NCBI GenBank assembly: GCA_963676915.2
Contig: CAXXVK010000051.1
Span: 1-44,005 of the forward strand
DNA: 44,005 nt
Source: Myxococcota bacterium
Lineage (GTDB): Bacteria; Myxococcota_A; SURF-8; G963663525
Direction of reading: 5' to 3'
In this document: positions 10,539 through 20,031 of the stretch, in pieces
Layout of the letters: every line of letters starts with the position of its first letter
Numbering within the stretch: position 1 is the stretch's first letter
Notes under the pieces: generated by a model
What the model was told of the DNA's origin: nothing
The model's input: the letters and a program-made list of their open reading frames with translations, nothing else
Database searches by the model: none
Position numbers and translations under genes: made by a program

Positions 10539-11822
10539 ATGCTTGATTTGAAATACGTCGTACAAAACCTGGATCTCGTTCGCGAAAAACTGGCGACCCG
10601 CCACGCCGAGGACACAGTGGCCCCGCTGGTTCCCCTGGCCGAAAAACGTCGTGAGATGATCGGTTCGATCGAGGCGTTGCGAGCGGAACTCAACGCCGCC
10701 AACAAGGAGATGTCCGCCCTCGCCAAAGCCAAGGATCAGGAAGGTTTGCAGGCCAAGCGAGGAGAGCTCAAGACACTTTCCGAGCGCATCAAGGCGATGG
10801 ACCCCGAACTGAAGGCCGTGGAAGAAGAGATCGAAGCCGTTTTGCTGTCCGTTCCCAATCTGCCGCTGGACGAAACCGTCGTGGGCGAAACCGAAGACGA
10901 CAATCCGGTGCTGCGCACGGTAGGCGAACCCACCCGCTTCGATTTCGACGCCAAATGGCACGACGAACTCGGCGCGACGCTAGGGATTCTGGATACCGAA
11001 CGAGGCGCGAAACTCGCCGGAGCGCGTTTTACCGTGCTGATGGGTGCCGGAGCGCGGTTGGAACGAGCACTGTACAACTTTTTCCTCGACACACATACCT
11101 CCCGGCACGGCTACAAAGAAGCACTGGTGCCGTTCCTCGTCAATCGCAAGACGATGACCGGTACGGGACAGCTCCCCAAGTTCGAGGAAGACCTGTTCAA
11201 AGTTGAGGGAGACTGGGGTTACTACCTGATTCCCACCGCCGAAGTCCCGCTGACGAACCTGCATGCCGATGAAATCCTCGACGAAGACGACCTGCCGGTA
11301 AGGCTTTGCGGTCTGACGGCCTGTTTCCGTTCCGAAGCGGGGTCGTACGGACAGGATGTTCGAGGCTACATCCGCCAGCACCAGTTCAACAAGGTGGAGT
11401 TGGTACACCTGTGTACGCCCGAAACATCACGAGACGAGCACCTGAAACTGCTGCAACATGCCGAAACCATTCTGCAAATGCTCGAACTTCCCTATCGGAT
11501 CGTTGAACTTTGTACCGGCGATCTGGGCTTCGGTGCGGCACGCTGTTACGACCTGGAGGTCTGGCTACCAATGCAGGAGAAATACCGGGAAATCAGCTCC
11601 TGCTCGAACTGCGGCGATTTCCAGGCCCGACGAATGAACCTGCGCTATCGCCCCAAAGGAAAGAAAGCCAAGCCGCGTTTCTGTCACACACTCAACGGGT
11701 CGGGACTAGCCGTGGGACGTACCGTCGTCGCGATTCTCGAAAACTACCAGCAGGCGGACGGCTCGATTGTGGTTCCTGAGGTGCTGCGTCCCTACATGGG
11801 CGGATTGGAACGCATCGAGTAG
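10539..11822 (+). CDS. serS: Serine--tRNA ligase
   Basis: [53 protein letters not shown] and [13 protein letters not shown]. Confidence 0.98.
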   Translation: MLDLKYVVQNLDLVREKLATRHAEDTVAPLVPLAEKRREMIGSIEALRAELNAANKEMSALAKAKDQEGLQAKRGELKTLSERIKAMDPELKAVEEEIEAVLLSVPNLPLDETVVGETEDDNPVLRTVGEPTRFDFDAKWHDELGATLGILDTERGAKLAGARFTVLMGAGARLERALYNFFLDTHTSRHGYKEALVPFLVNRKTMTGTGQLPKFEEDLFKVEGDWGYYLIPTAEVPLTNLHADEILDEDDLPVRLCGLTACFRSEAGSYGQDVRGYIRQHQFNKVELVHLCTPETSRDEHLKLLQHAETILQMLELPYRIVELCTGDLGFGAARCYDLEVWLPMQEKYREISSCSNCGDFQARRMNLRYRPKGKKAKPRFCHTLNGSGLAVGRTVVAILENYQQADGSIVVPEVLRPYMGGLERIE

Positions 11823-11830
11823 TTTTCACA

Positions 11831-11893
11831 CAAGGTCGGGCTGATTTTAGCCCGACACTTTGTATTGTCGGGCGAGAAATTTATCCGACCTAC
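11831..11893. repeat. REP doublet (REPIN-like), GTAG family, degenerate
   Basis: caagGTCGGGCTgattttAGCCCGACa followed by the inverted unit tGTCGGGcgagaaatttaTCCGACCTAC, whose CTAC end is GTAG on the minus strand. Confidence 0.6.
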
Positions 11894-11953
11894 TATCCCT
11901 ACAACCAGTCGTTCATGATTACTGTTGTATCCAAATGATTTAGCAGTGATGCA

Positions 11954-13812
11954 TTATTCTGCCAACGTGCTATCCAATACATGGCGTACTTTCAGAGCCA
12001 GTGTTTGCGGTGTGTAGGGTTTGGCTAGAAATTCCAAACCCTTTTCCAAAATACCGCGCTGTGCGATGACGTCTTTCGAATATCCGGAAGTGTAAATGAT
12101 TTTTACTTTCTTGGATATTTCTTGGATCTTTCGGGCCAATTCGCGACCATTCATGTCAGGCATGATAATGTCTGTCAGCAACAAATCTATTGACCCGGTA
12201 TACTTCTCGATTTGCGTCAACGCTTCGGGGCCGTTTTCTGCGCTCAATATATTGTAACCCAGTCGGGCAAGTATCCGAGTCGCAATTCTTCGCACCATCG
12301 ATTCGTCTTCTACAACCAGTATCGTTTCTTTGCCTTTCGGTAAATCATCGAGAATGGATGATGGTTGGATGGGTTCGGCTTTCATACGTACGAGAGGAAA
12401 ATAAATCGAAAACGTCGTGCCTTTTCCAAGTGTGGAATCCACCTCGATAAATCCACGATGCTGTTTGACGATCCCGTAAACGGTGGACAACCCCAGTCCG
12501 GTACCCTTGCCTTCACTTTTGGTGGTGAAAAATGGATCGAAAATCTTGTTTTTCGTTTCTTCGTCCATCCCTTCACCGTTGTCGGTAAAAGTAAGCCTGA
12601 TATATTCCCCCGGAACGGTGTCGGGGTGCATTTTGCAATAATCCTCATTACACTCGATCTCTCCGACCGCGATGGTTAAAAGCCCACCGTTCGGCATGGC
12701 ATCCCGAGCATTGACCGAAAGGTTCACGATGATCTGCTCGATTTGACTGGGATCGGCTTTGATTTTCCCCTCAGGCTGTTCGGACGAAACATCGATGACG
12801 ACATCCTCGCCAATGATTCGTTCGAGCATTTTCAGCATATTTTCGATGTGCTCGTGCAAATCGATGACTTTCGGTTCGATGATCGATTTCCGGCTGAAGG
12901 CCAGCAATTGGCGAGTGAGATCTGTGGCACACTGGGCGGCAGACTGAATTTCTTCCAGCGTTTCGTATATCGGATCACTACGATGGAGATCCATTTGCGC
13001 CATGACTACATTTCCGGTGATTCCGGTTAGCAGATTGTTGAAATCGTGGGCCACACCTCCGGCCAGTCGTCCACCGATTCCATTTTTTGCGCCTGCCTCA
13101 CCTGCTCTTCCAAACGATCCCGCATCCGCTCGGCTTCTTTTCTGGCTTGGATCTCGCTCAAAAGGTCATCGTTGCTTTTTTTCAGTTTTTTCGACTGTTT
13201 TCGCTCGTTGACCAGCAATACTTCCAGTCGCCGCATAACAAGCCCCGGACTGAAAATCATCACGATCGCCAGCAACAGGTAAATCGTTACTCCTTGGAAC
13301 CAACTGGATGCACTGAGCGAATTCAGCCCGATTCGGGTATCGAAGGGAATCCAACCCGTGGTCATTCCGGAACCGACAAGGGAAATGCTGGCGGCACAGA
13401 CGAGCATCGTAGCCACTCCGGCACGAATACCGAGGAAAATGGACGTCGCCATACTTAAGGCAAGAAACAAAATGATCCCAGCACCGGGAATCCCGAAGCG
13501 CACAAGCAAAAATAATGCGAAAGCATAGATAAGAAACAGAGCAATGGAAACACGATAAACATACGCCAAGCGTTGGCGAAACCAAAACAGCACAAGTAAA
13601 ATCACATAGCACAGGATATACAACGCCAGAACGAACCAGCGATCCATTTGTACGCTTTTGTAAATCCCTCCCAAGAGAGGAACGGTGCTGACAGGAAAAA
13701 CGATCAAAGTGAGCAAATCGAAAAGATTTTGGCGGACGTCAGACAGAGTTTTCGATTGCTCAAGCTGCGAAGCGGATAAAAGATGATCGATGGCTTTCCG
13801 AAAAACAGACAT
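11954..13812 (-). CDS. Membrane-bound hybrid sensor histidine kinase (TM domain, HisKA, HATPase, receiver); 1-bp frameshift near 13071
   Basis: Adding one G at 13071-13072 restores [23 protein letters not shown]. Also [42 protein letters not shown] and [13 protein letters not shown]. Confidence 0.9.
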
Positions 13813-14097
13813 TGTGTCAATACTCAGTTGATGGATTGCATTCTTTAAAAATACCGATCTTTGTCAAGGTCGGTTACAGGTTCTATGACTCTCTCACATG
13901 GGTAAAAGTCACGTTTCCGCGAACTTCTCAAGCCCAAGGGGGTCTTCATATCCCATATACATGAATACTTGTCAATTAGTTAAAAAAGAAACTTTGGCCT
14001 AAAGGCGGAATTGAAAAATTCGTGTGCAAATTCCCGGGTTCGGTGGTACACAGGGACGGCCTGTCGTTGGATTTTTTTGGGGAGAACAAGTGAGATC

Positions 14098-14748
14098 ATG
14101 AACGAAATCGAGATATTGGCACCATTTGTCACGGAAGCGCGAAAACAGAAAATCGCGGCCGTGCTCGAACGTCGCACCCGCTCGTTGACCGTTGTGATCA
14201 GTCGCCTGAACAAACCCCACAACTACATGGCGATTTTCCGAAGCTGCGAAGCCATGGGACTGCAAGACGTGCATGTCGTGCTGGGCGATGGCAGCCCCGG
14301 AAAAATCAACCGTGACATCACTCAGGGCGCGGACAAATGGCTCAGTGTCACCTATTGGTCCAATCTGCGAACCTGCCTCGAAGCTTTGCGTTCCCGTGGA
14401 TACGCGATCTATGCCGGTGGTCTGACCGAAAACTCCAAGCCTCTGGAATCCCACGACTTCACCCGCCGCGTGGCTTTGCTGATGGGCAACGAACTGCTCG
14501 GGCTGGACCCGAATGAAATGGCCCTTTGCGATGGATGCTTTACCCTGCCGATGAAAGGGTTTACGCAAAGCTACAACGTATCGGTGGCGACAGCCTTGGC
14601 CTTGCAAAAAGCCGAGGGGTTGCTCGAAGCCCATCAGACCATCGAAAGACTCTCCGACGAGGAAAAACTGGCTCTCACCCGCCGATGGTACCGGTTATCC
14701 GTCAAGCACGCCGATGCTATCTTGAAGCAGCGGATATCTTCTATTTAA
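14098..14748 (+). CDS. trmH: TrmH/SpoU-family RNA 2'-O-methyltransferase
   Basis: KPHNYMAIFRSCEAMG, ITQGADKW, LLMGNELLG and LPMKGFTQSYNVSVA (SPOUT motifs). Confidence 0.85.
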   Translation: MNEIEILAPFVTEARKQKIAAVLERRTRSLTVVISRLNKPHNYMAIFRSCEAMGLQDVHVVLGDGSPGKINRDITQGADKWLSVTYWSNLRTCLEALRSRGYAIYAGGLTENSKPLESHDFTRRVALLMGNELLGLDPNEMALCDGCFTLPMKGFTQSYNVSVATALALQKAEGLLEAHQTIERLSDEEKLALTRRWYRLSVKHADAILKQRISSI

Positions 14749-14831
14749 CTATTTTTAGTAGATTCAGAAGATAGTCATAATTCCTATCACTACAATAAAA
14801 AGTCAGAAAACCACAAACCTTATATTTTTCG

Positions 14832-14859
14832 TTGACACCTTGTGCCAAATTCCTACAAT
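14832..14859 (+). promoter_or_regulatory. Sigma70-type promoter for the RDD gene
   Basis: TTGACA (14832-14837), 16-nt spacer, TACAAT (14854-14859); AGGAGG RBS before ATG 14902. Confidence 0.55.
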
Positions 14860-14901
14860 TATGAGTAATATCATACAGTTTTCGCAACGAGGAGGTGGAC
14901 C

Positions 14902-15459
14902 ATGCCGGAGATCGATCCGAAGAACCTGGAAAACACCGCCAAGATAAAAGCCATGCAGTTGGCACATAACCTCGACTACCACAGTCTTCCCAAAGACGAA
15001 AAACGACGTAAAAGTAAACCGCAGAACAAACCAATTAAACGTGCGGATCTACGTCTACGCTTTATTGCGGATTTTATCGATGTCGGAATCTTCGTGGCCC
15101 TCGCCATCAACTGGAACTGGATCGGACCGATCGTCGGCGCCGCCTACCTGCTGTTCCGCGATGCGTTCAAAGGACGCAGCCTTGGAAAACTGCTGGTCGG
15201 ATTGCGTGTCGTGAAAATGGACAACTGGCTTCCGGCAGGTGTCACCGAATCCATCTCGCGTAATCTGGTTTTGGCTATTTCCGGCTTGTTTGCCATATTG
15301 GGTGGAATGGGTTTCGGCGCTTTCGGTGTCGTGCTGGTGGTTCTTACCGTATTTGTGGCGATGCAAATCAACAAAAACCCGGATGGCCGACACTTGGGCG
15401 ATCAACTCGCCGGGACAAAACTGCTGGAAACCCGAACGGCAGCCGCGTTGAAAGCCTAG
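14902..15459 (+). CDS. RDD family membrane protein
   Basis: RLRFIADFID, GRSLGKLLVGLRVV, SISRN and GRHLGDQLAGT. Confidence 0.88.
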   Translation: MPEIDPKNLENTAKIKAMQLAHNLDYHSLPKDEKRRKSKPQNKPIKRADLRLRFIADFIDVGIFVALAINWNWIGPIVGAAYLLFRDAFKGRSLGKLLVGLRVVKMDNWLPAGVTESISRNLVLAISGLFAILGGMGFGAFGVVLVVLTVFVAMQINKNPDGRHLGDQLAGTKLLETRTAAALKA

Positions 15460-15530
15460 ACAGTATCGTCACATGCTATATAACTAAATGGTAAGTCTTA
15501 GTTTTTATTAGTATTTTATAAATCCAAAGT

Positions 15531-15621
15531 GTGCCATAGTCTCACGGACTGGAAAGTCCGGGAGGCTGTGAAAACCTTGGAAAGCACAGCCTTCCTCGTT
15601 CCGCGAGGTAGACTATGACAC
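15531..15621. repeat. ~91-bp structured intergenic repeat, copy 1
   Basis: Ends GTGCCATAGTCT / AGACTATGACAC (11/12 inverted). Internal hairpins CGGACT-GGAA-AGTCCG, GGAGGCTGTG...CACAGCCTTC and CCTCG...CGAGG. A second copy lies at 16538-16628. Confidence 0.75.
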
Positions 15622-15641
15622 TCGATTTCCAACGATTTTTC

Positions 15642-15674
15642 TTATTTTAAGGAGTAATACACTTCTTAAAATAA
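15642..15674. terminator. AT-rich inverted repeat between convergent genes (terminator or protein-binding site)
   Basis: TTATTTTAAGGAGT-aatac-ACTTCTTAAAATAA, 13/14 complementary. Confidence 0.4.
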
Positions 15675-15690
15675 CCCGTGATGACACGAT

Positions 15691-16416
15691 CTAATGTTTT
15701 CGGGCTTTGACCACCAGAAATCCGGCGAATCGTTTTAAAAAGCTACCCGCAACGGCAAATTCACCCAGGCGCAGCAACGAGCCGGCGAAAGGAAGGTCGT
15801 GGGCGGCTGCCATCGGGGTGAGAATCCTCGTGCCTTCGAACCCGAGAATCGTTACGTTGTTCGGCAGGGTCGAACGAATGGTTTCCAACGTATCGTAGCG
15901 AGTGAACACCTGCCCTTCATCGGTGTCATGACCGATGGATTTTTTCCGCAATCCCTTGACCAGCCTGCGCACCGAATCGCGGTTGTAGAACTCCAGCACC
16001 AGAACGCCGCCGGGACGGGCAACACGAACCGCCTCGCGGACCGCCTCCGTGATTTCCTGAACATGCGCCAGCACTTTGAAGGAATACACCAGATCGAAGC
16101 TCGCTTCCTCGAACGGCAGAGCCTGGGCCGGAGCTTCGTGGACATTCAAACCCTTTTCACGAGCAGACAGCAGCATTCCGGGAGACAAATCGACGCCTGT
16201 TGCCTGTTTTGCACGAGCGGCGACGCGCTCCAGCAAACGACCCGTACCGCAACCGATTTCCAACACACTTTCGCAGGGAAGATAAGGAGCAAGCAGGGAT
16301 AGGGCGGAATCGTCGAGAAAACGGTGGTATTCTCCCTGCCGTGTGCGATCGTAGGATTTCGAAAACTCGTCGTAGTAGGTTTTGTTGTCAATCACGGGGA
16401 TATCCTTTGGCTGCAT
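15691..16416 (-). CDS. Class I SAM-dependent methyltransferase (Methyltransf_11-like)
   Basis: VLEIGCGTG, GVDLSPGML, LPFEEASFDLV and RVARPGG. Confidence 0.9.
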   Translation of the reverse strand: MQPKDIPVIDNKTYYDEFSKSYDRTRQGEYHRFLDDSALSLLAPYLPCESVLEIGCGTGRLLERVAARAKQATGVDLSPGMLLSAREKGLNVHEAPAQALPFEEASFDLVYSFKVLAHVQEITEAVREAVRVARPGGVLVLEFYNRDSVRRLVKGLRKKSIGHDTDEGQVFTRYDTLETIRSTLPNNVTILGFEGTRILTPMAAAHDLPFAGSLLRLGEFAVAGSFLKRFAGFLVVKARKH

Positions 16417-16500
16417 CTGTTTTCAGATTCATGATTTCACCAAAATCAGGATGAATCCACCTTTTTCCTGAAGTATTTATCGAAAAATTTTGATTCGCTT

Positions 16501-16677
16501 GAGCCTCTTGCATAAATCCCGAAGATAAATCTTCGGGATGCCATCGACTCACGGACCGGAAGGTCCGGGAAACTGTGCAAACCATTGAAAACACAGCCTT
16601 CCACGCTTCGCACGAAAGACTATGACAAACATGGGTATTCTAAAAACCATCAAAATCCCGATTTATGCAAAAGCCAC
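16501..16677. mobile_element. Possible MITE-like shell with imperfect 17-bp terminal inverted repeats enclosing a palindrome and repeat copy 2
   Basis: GAGCCTCTTGCATAAAT at 16501 versus ATTTATGCAAAAGCCAC at 16661-16677 (14/17 inverted). Internal ATCCCGAAGAT-aa-ATCTTCGGGAT at 16516-16539. No TSD found. Confidence 0.4.
16538..16628. repeat. ~91-bp structured intergenic repeat, copy 2
   Basis: Aligns end to end with 15531-15621 in the same orientation; first hairpin is CGGACC-GGAA-GGTCCG (compensatory T-A to C-G). Confidence 0.7.
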
Positions 16678-16682
16678 GTTTT

Positions 16683-17432
16683 TCAGCGAGGCGCAACGCC
16701 TACCCGTTTTCGGATTTTATGGCCAAAACGCATTCCCGCCAGACGCACGAATAGCCAACCCAAAGTAAACGGTAGCGTTTTCAGATTCATATGACTGAAA
16801 CGCCTATGGTAAACCGGTTCCACCACGCATTCCACAACGCGGGCGTTTTGGAGACTTAAAAGCGTCAATAGGCTGTTCGGAACACCATAGCCCGGATAGA
16901 TCCTATCCAACTCCAGGCGCTCCAGGGTTTCTCGACGAATTACGGTATAGCCGCATTGACTGTCCGAAATGTGCTTGTATCCGGTAATTTGGCGGGTCAG
17001 AAACAAAAGCAGTTGCCCGGCATAATAACGTTCCCAGGGCATGTTTTTTCTCACGTCCGGGTGGTCGAAACGATTGCCTTTGACGTAATCCGCCTCGCCA
17101 TCGATGAGCGAATCCAGCAGGGTTGACAAGTCGCCGGGAGCCATTTGACCGTCACCAGCCATGACGGCCACGCAATCGAAGCCACGCTTGAGAGCTTCAC
17201 AATACCCGTTGCGGATCGCTGCGCCGACGCCCCCACGCTGATTTCTCTCAATGATTTCTAGACCTTTGTGGGAGCAGTCGTGGTGAAGGGCTTGTGCCGT
17301 GCCGTCATCGCTGGCATCGTTGACCACCAGCACACCGTCAACGAACTCCGGCATGGTTTCGACCACCTGCACGATGGTGTTTTCCTCGTTATACACGGGA
17401 ACCACCACCCCGATGGATTGTCCTCGATACAC
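16683..17432 (-). CDS. Glycosyltransferase family 2 (DPM1-like)
   Basis: VVVPVYNEE, VVNDASDD, GGVGAAIRNGY, MAGDGQM, YVKGNRF and ISDSQCGY; GTG start 5 nt after the upstream stop. Confidence 0.9.
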   Translation of the reverse strand: MYRGQSIGVVVPVYNEENTIVQVVETMPEFVDGVLVVNDASDDGTAQALHHDCSHKGLEIIERNQRGGVGAAIRNGYCEALKRGFDCVAVMAGDGQMAPGDLSTLLDSLIDGEADYVKGNRFDHPDVRKNMPWERYYAGQLLLFLTRQITGYKHISDSQCGYTVIRRETLERLELDRIYPGYGVPNSLLTLLSLQNARVVECVVEPVYHRRFSHMNLKTLPFTLGWLFVRLAGMRFGHKIRKRVGVAPR

Positions 17433-17437
17433 CGGAA

Positions 17438-19351
17438 CTACTGGATACTAAACGGGTAATTGATCGTGATCGAGCCACCCGAAGAAGGAAATTCCATCCG
17501 ACCGAGGGCGTCTATTATGCATTGGGACAACGGTGAGTCGTCGTATTCCCGAGTAACCACTTTGGACGTCACGACGCTTCCCCGACGATTGATACGGAAG
17601 CGAACCACCATATCGCCTTGGGGAGCACCTTTTCCATGTTTCTTGATGCATTTCCCAATGGTGCTGCGGTTTTTCCGCAACACTTTGCTGACCTGCTTGC
17701 GTGACAAGGGTGGAACTCGATCGGTATCGTTCAGGTCCAATTCGCCGGTTGTTGGAAGTTTTTCCTCGGAATCGAAATCGAACTCGGTGACGGCACCGTT
17801 TTTGTTGCTTTTTGCCGTTTTCTTGGAGCGTTTTTTCTTGGCTTTTTTCTTCTTTTTCTTTTTGGCCTTTTTCTCGGCTTTTTCGTCCGTTGCAGCTTTC
17901 ATTTCCTCTTCGGAAGGCGGTTCTTCCTCAGCGGCCTGCATGTCGATTTTCGCGTCGTCGATCATGACCAGACGTTCGAATTCCGACTGCATTTCTCCGT
18001 AACGGTCCACTTCTTCCACATGGAACCATTCTCCGATCACCGGCAGTCTCTGGAACCACGGAGGAGTTGGAATCACGCCGTAAAACGCCAAAGCCGCCGC
18101 TCCGGTAATCAGGAAAAACAGCCAGGCAAACATCATCATCGGCATCAGGTTGCGACGACGGGTTTCTTCGGGTTTCCATTCCTGCTCGTAGACTTCCTCT
18201 CGCGAAACCTTGAATCCGGTCTTGACTCCGGTGGTTTCCGACAAGGTGTGGGTACGATCGCCGCCTACTTCTTTTTCTACCAGATCTTTCAACGTAGGGG
18301 CGATGCTGTCGGAGGAGGCTTGGGCTTCGCCTGTTGACTCTTCCTCTTCCAGAAGAGAGGCGAAGGAACGTTCGCTTTCTTCCTCCTCGTCCGAATCACG
18401 GATCAATTCAGCGAAAGAGGTATGCACGTCCGCATCAAGCTTTTTCTTCCCGGCTTCTTCTTTTAGCTGTTCTCTGCGTTCGACGATCGGATCTACGGGA
18501 GCTTCCGGTTCTGGATCTTTCTCGACCACTTTTTCGTGCAATTGTTCCCAAACACTGGAAAACTCCGAAACGGTTTCGATCTTGGCCCAGTTTTCCATTC
18601 CGGAACGCCAGACGAAAATCTCGCCCTGGGGACGAACACCCAGCACTTTTTCACCGATTTCCGAAATGGTGATCGGTCCGAAACGCTGGTTTTCGAAGGC
18701 TACGTACCAGATCGGTTTTTCATCTTTCGGTGCAGCAACTTTTTCGGCCTTGGCGTCGTCCATTACTTCCTGGACCTTCGCCGCGCTCCATACCTGTGTC
18801 CCACCCTGCTCGGGTTGCTCTTTTTGTGTTTGCTGAACTTTTTCAGCCTTGGCGTCGTCCATTACTTCCTGAACCTTCGCCGCGCTCCACACTTGCGTTC
18901 CGCCCTGCTCGGGTTGGTCTGCTTGTTCTTGCTGGTCTTTTTCGGCTTTGGCGTCGTCCATTGCCTCTTGGACCTTCGCCGCATTCCATACCTGCGTTCC
19001 ACCCTGCTCGGGCTTATCTGCCTGTTCTTGCTGGGATTTTTCGACCTTGGCGTCGTCCATCACTTCCTGGACCTTCGCCGCGCTCCATACCTGCGTCCCG
19101 CCCTGCTCGGGTTGATCCACTTTCGCCTGTGCAGGCTCGGCCTGTGAAGCGGGAGCCGCCGCCTTCGCGGCAGGGGTTTCTGCCGAATCGATGGCTACGG
19201 AAGTGCTTGCCGAAGCTTTTCGCACAGTGATGATGTGCCCGCAGCGTTTGCATTTGAACTTAAAGGACCGACCCTGCACTTTTTGGTCCGGAATGTTGTA
19301 TCCTGCTTTACAGTTGTCGCAATGAATTTTCATTTCGTTATCCGGCTTCAC
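17438..19351 (-). CDS. GltJ/AgmX-like protein: N-terminal zinc ribbon, repeat linker, GYF_2 domain, TM helix, TonB_C-like C-terminal domain
   Basis: CDNC...FKCKRC zinc ribbon; WYVAFENQRFGP...VWRSGMENW (GYF_2); TM MMFAWLFFLITGAAALAFYGV; C-terminal IGKC...VVRFRINRRGSV...SQCI....MEFP......INYPF. Start 19351 or 19333. Confidence 0.75.
   Translation of the reverse strand: MKPDNEMKIHCDNCKAGYNIPDQKVQGRSFKFKCKRCGHIITVRKASASTSVAIDSAETPAAKAAAPASQAEPAQAKVDQPEQGGTQVWSAAKVQEVMDDAKVEKSQQEQADKPEQGGTQVWNAAKVQEAMDDAKAEKDQQEQADQPEQGGTQVWSAAKVQEVMDDAKAEKVQQTQKEQPEQGGTQVWSAAKVQEVMDDAKAEKVAAPKDEKPIWYVAFENQRFGPITISEIGEKVLGVRPQGEIFVWRSGMENWAKIETVSEFSSVWEQLHEKVVEKDPEPEAPVDPIVERREQLKEEAGKKKLDADVHTSFAELIRDSDEEEESERSFASLLEEEESTGEAQASSDSIAPTLKDLVEKEVGGDRTHTLSETTGVKTGFKVSREEVYEQEWKPEETRRRNLMPMMMFAWLFFLITGAAALAFYGVIPTPPWFQRLPVIGEWFHVEEVDRYGEMQSEFERLVMIDDAKIDMQAAEEEPPSEEEMKAATDEKAEKKAKKKKKKKAKKKRSKKTAKSNKNGAVTEFDFDSEEKLPTTGELDLNDTDRVPPLSRKQVSKVLRKNRSTIGKCIKKHGKGAPQGDMVVRFRINRRGSVVTSKVVTREYDDSPLSQCIIDALGRMEFPSSGGSITINYPFSIQ
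18737..19111 (-). repeat. In-frame tandem repeat, 99-bp (33-aa) period, ~3.8 copies
   Basis: CCCTGCTCGG recurs at 18804, 18903, 19002 and 19101; unit PEQGGTQVW[S/N]AAKVQE[V/A]MDDAK[A/V]EK... Confidence 0.95.
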
Positions 19352-19976
19352 TCCATACGAAGAAAGATTCGAGCGATTCAGTCGACAGGGGACAATGGTG
19401 CCCCTGCATCACGACATGAACGCACTTGAAAGGACGGATCAATACTTATTATACTCTTTAGCTATTGAAATCTCCAGAAATTTAGCGATCTTGTCTCATG
19501 CTCCGAGTTTTTGGGAAAAGAAAATCTCCCTACACTCGAAACATTTTTCCCACACTGGGAAATGATGTTTTCCAGAATTTTCCGGGTTTCTTCACCTGGG
19601 AAGCGCTTTCCCCCCTTTGAACGGTGACAGCTTCCTGGAGTTGCTTCGAATCGTAGAAGCGAGAACCCGTTTTTCGACCACCTCACGTTGAATGGTCGGC
19701 GTAAACGCTGCTTGTCAAATAGCAAGAGATATTCCTGCTCGGTTCATCCTTCGATCACACTGCTTGTTTCTTTCACATTCGAAATAAAAAATCAATGAAA
19801 TCCTGAATGTTACAGAGATCACGGACAAACGAACCTCTGGGGTTGGAATCTTTTCCCCCAAAAAAGACTTTCACCTCTTTCCTTTTCAAAATATCGGTTC
19901 ATTTACCCGAAACACAACCGGAAATCGTTCCCCTTTCCCCTGAACTCATTCCTCATAACCCATGACCAAGACACAC

Positions 19977-20007
19977 AAAAACCCCGAAACCGTACGGTTT
20001 CGGGGTT
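19977..20007 (-). terminator. Intrinsic terminator closing the apr/qmo/hdrD cluster
   Basis: Perfect 28-bp palindrome AACCCCGAAACCGTACGGTTTCGGGGTT (19980-20007) with an adjoining A-tract, 24 nt past the HdrD-like stop. Confidence 0.75.
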
Positions 20008-20031
20008 GAAAAGCTTCGTTGTCTCAGAGAC

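Noticed and set aside
15531-16628. Integron attC sites around a gene cassette
   Set aside because: The elements lack RYYYAAC/GTTRRRY ends and no integrase is present.
18737-19111. Regularly spaced repeats as a CRISPR array
   Set aside because: The 99-bp period is in frame within a CDS, varies at synonymous sites, has no unique spacers, and no cas genes are present.
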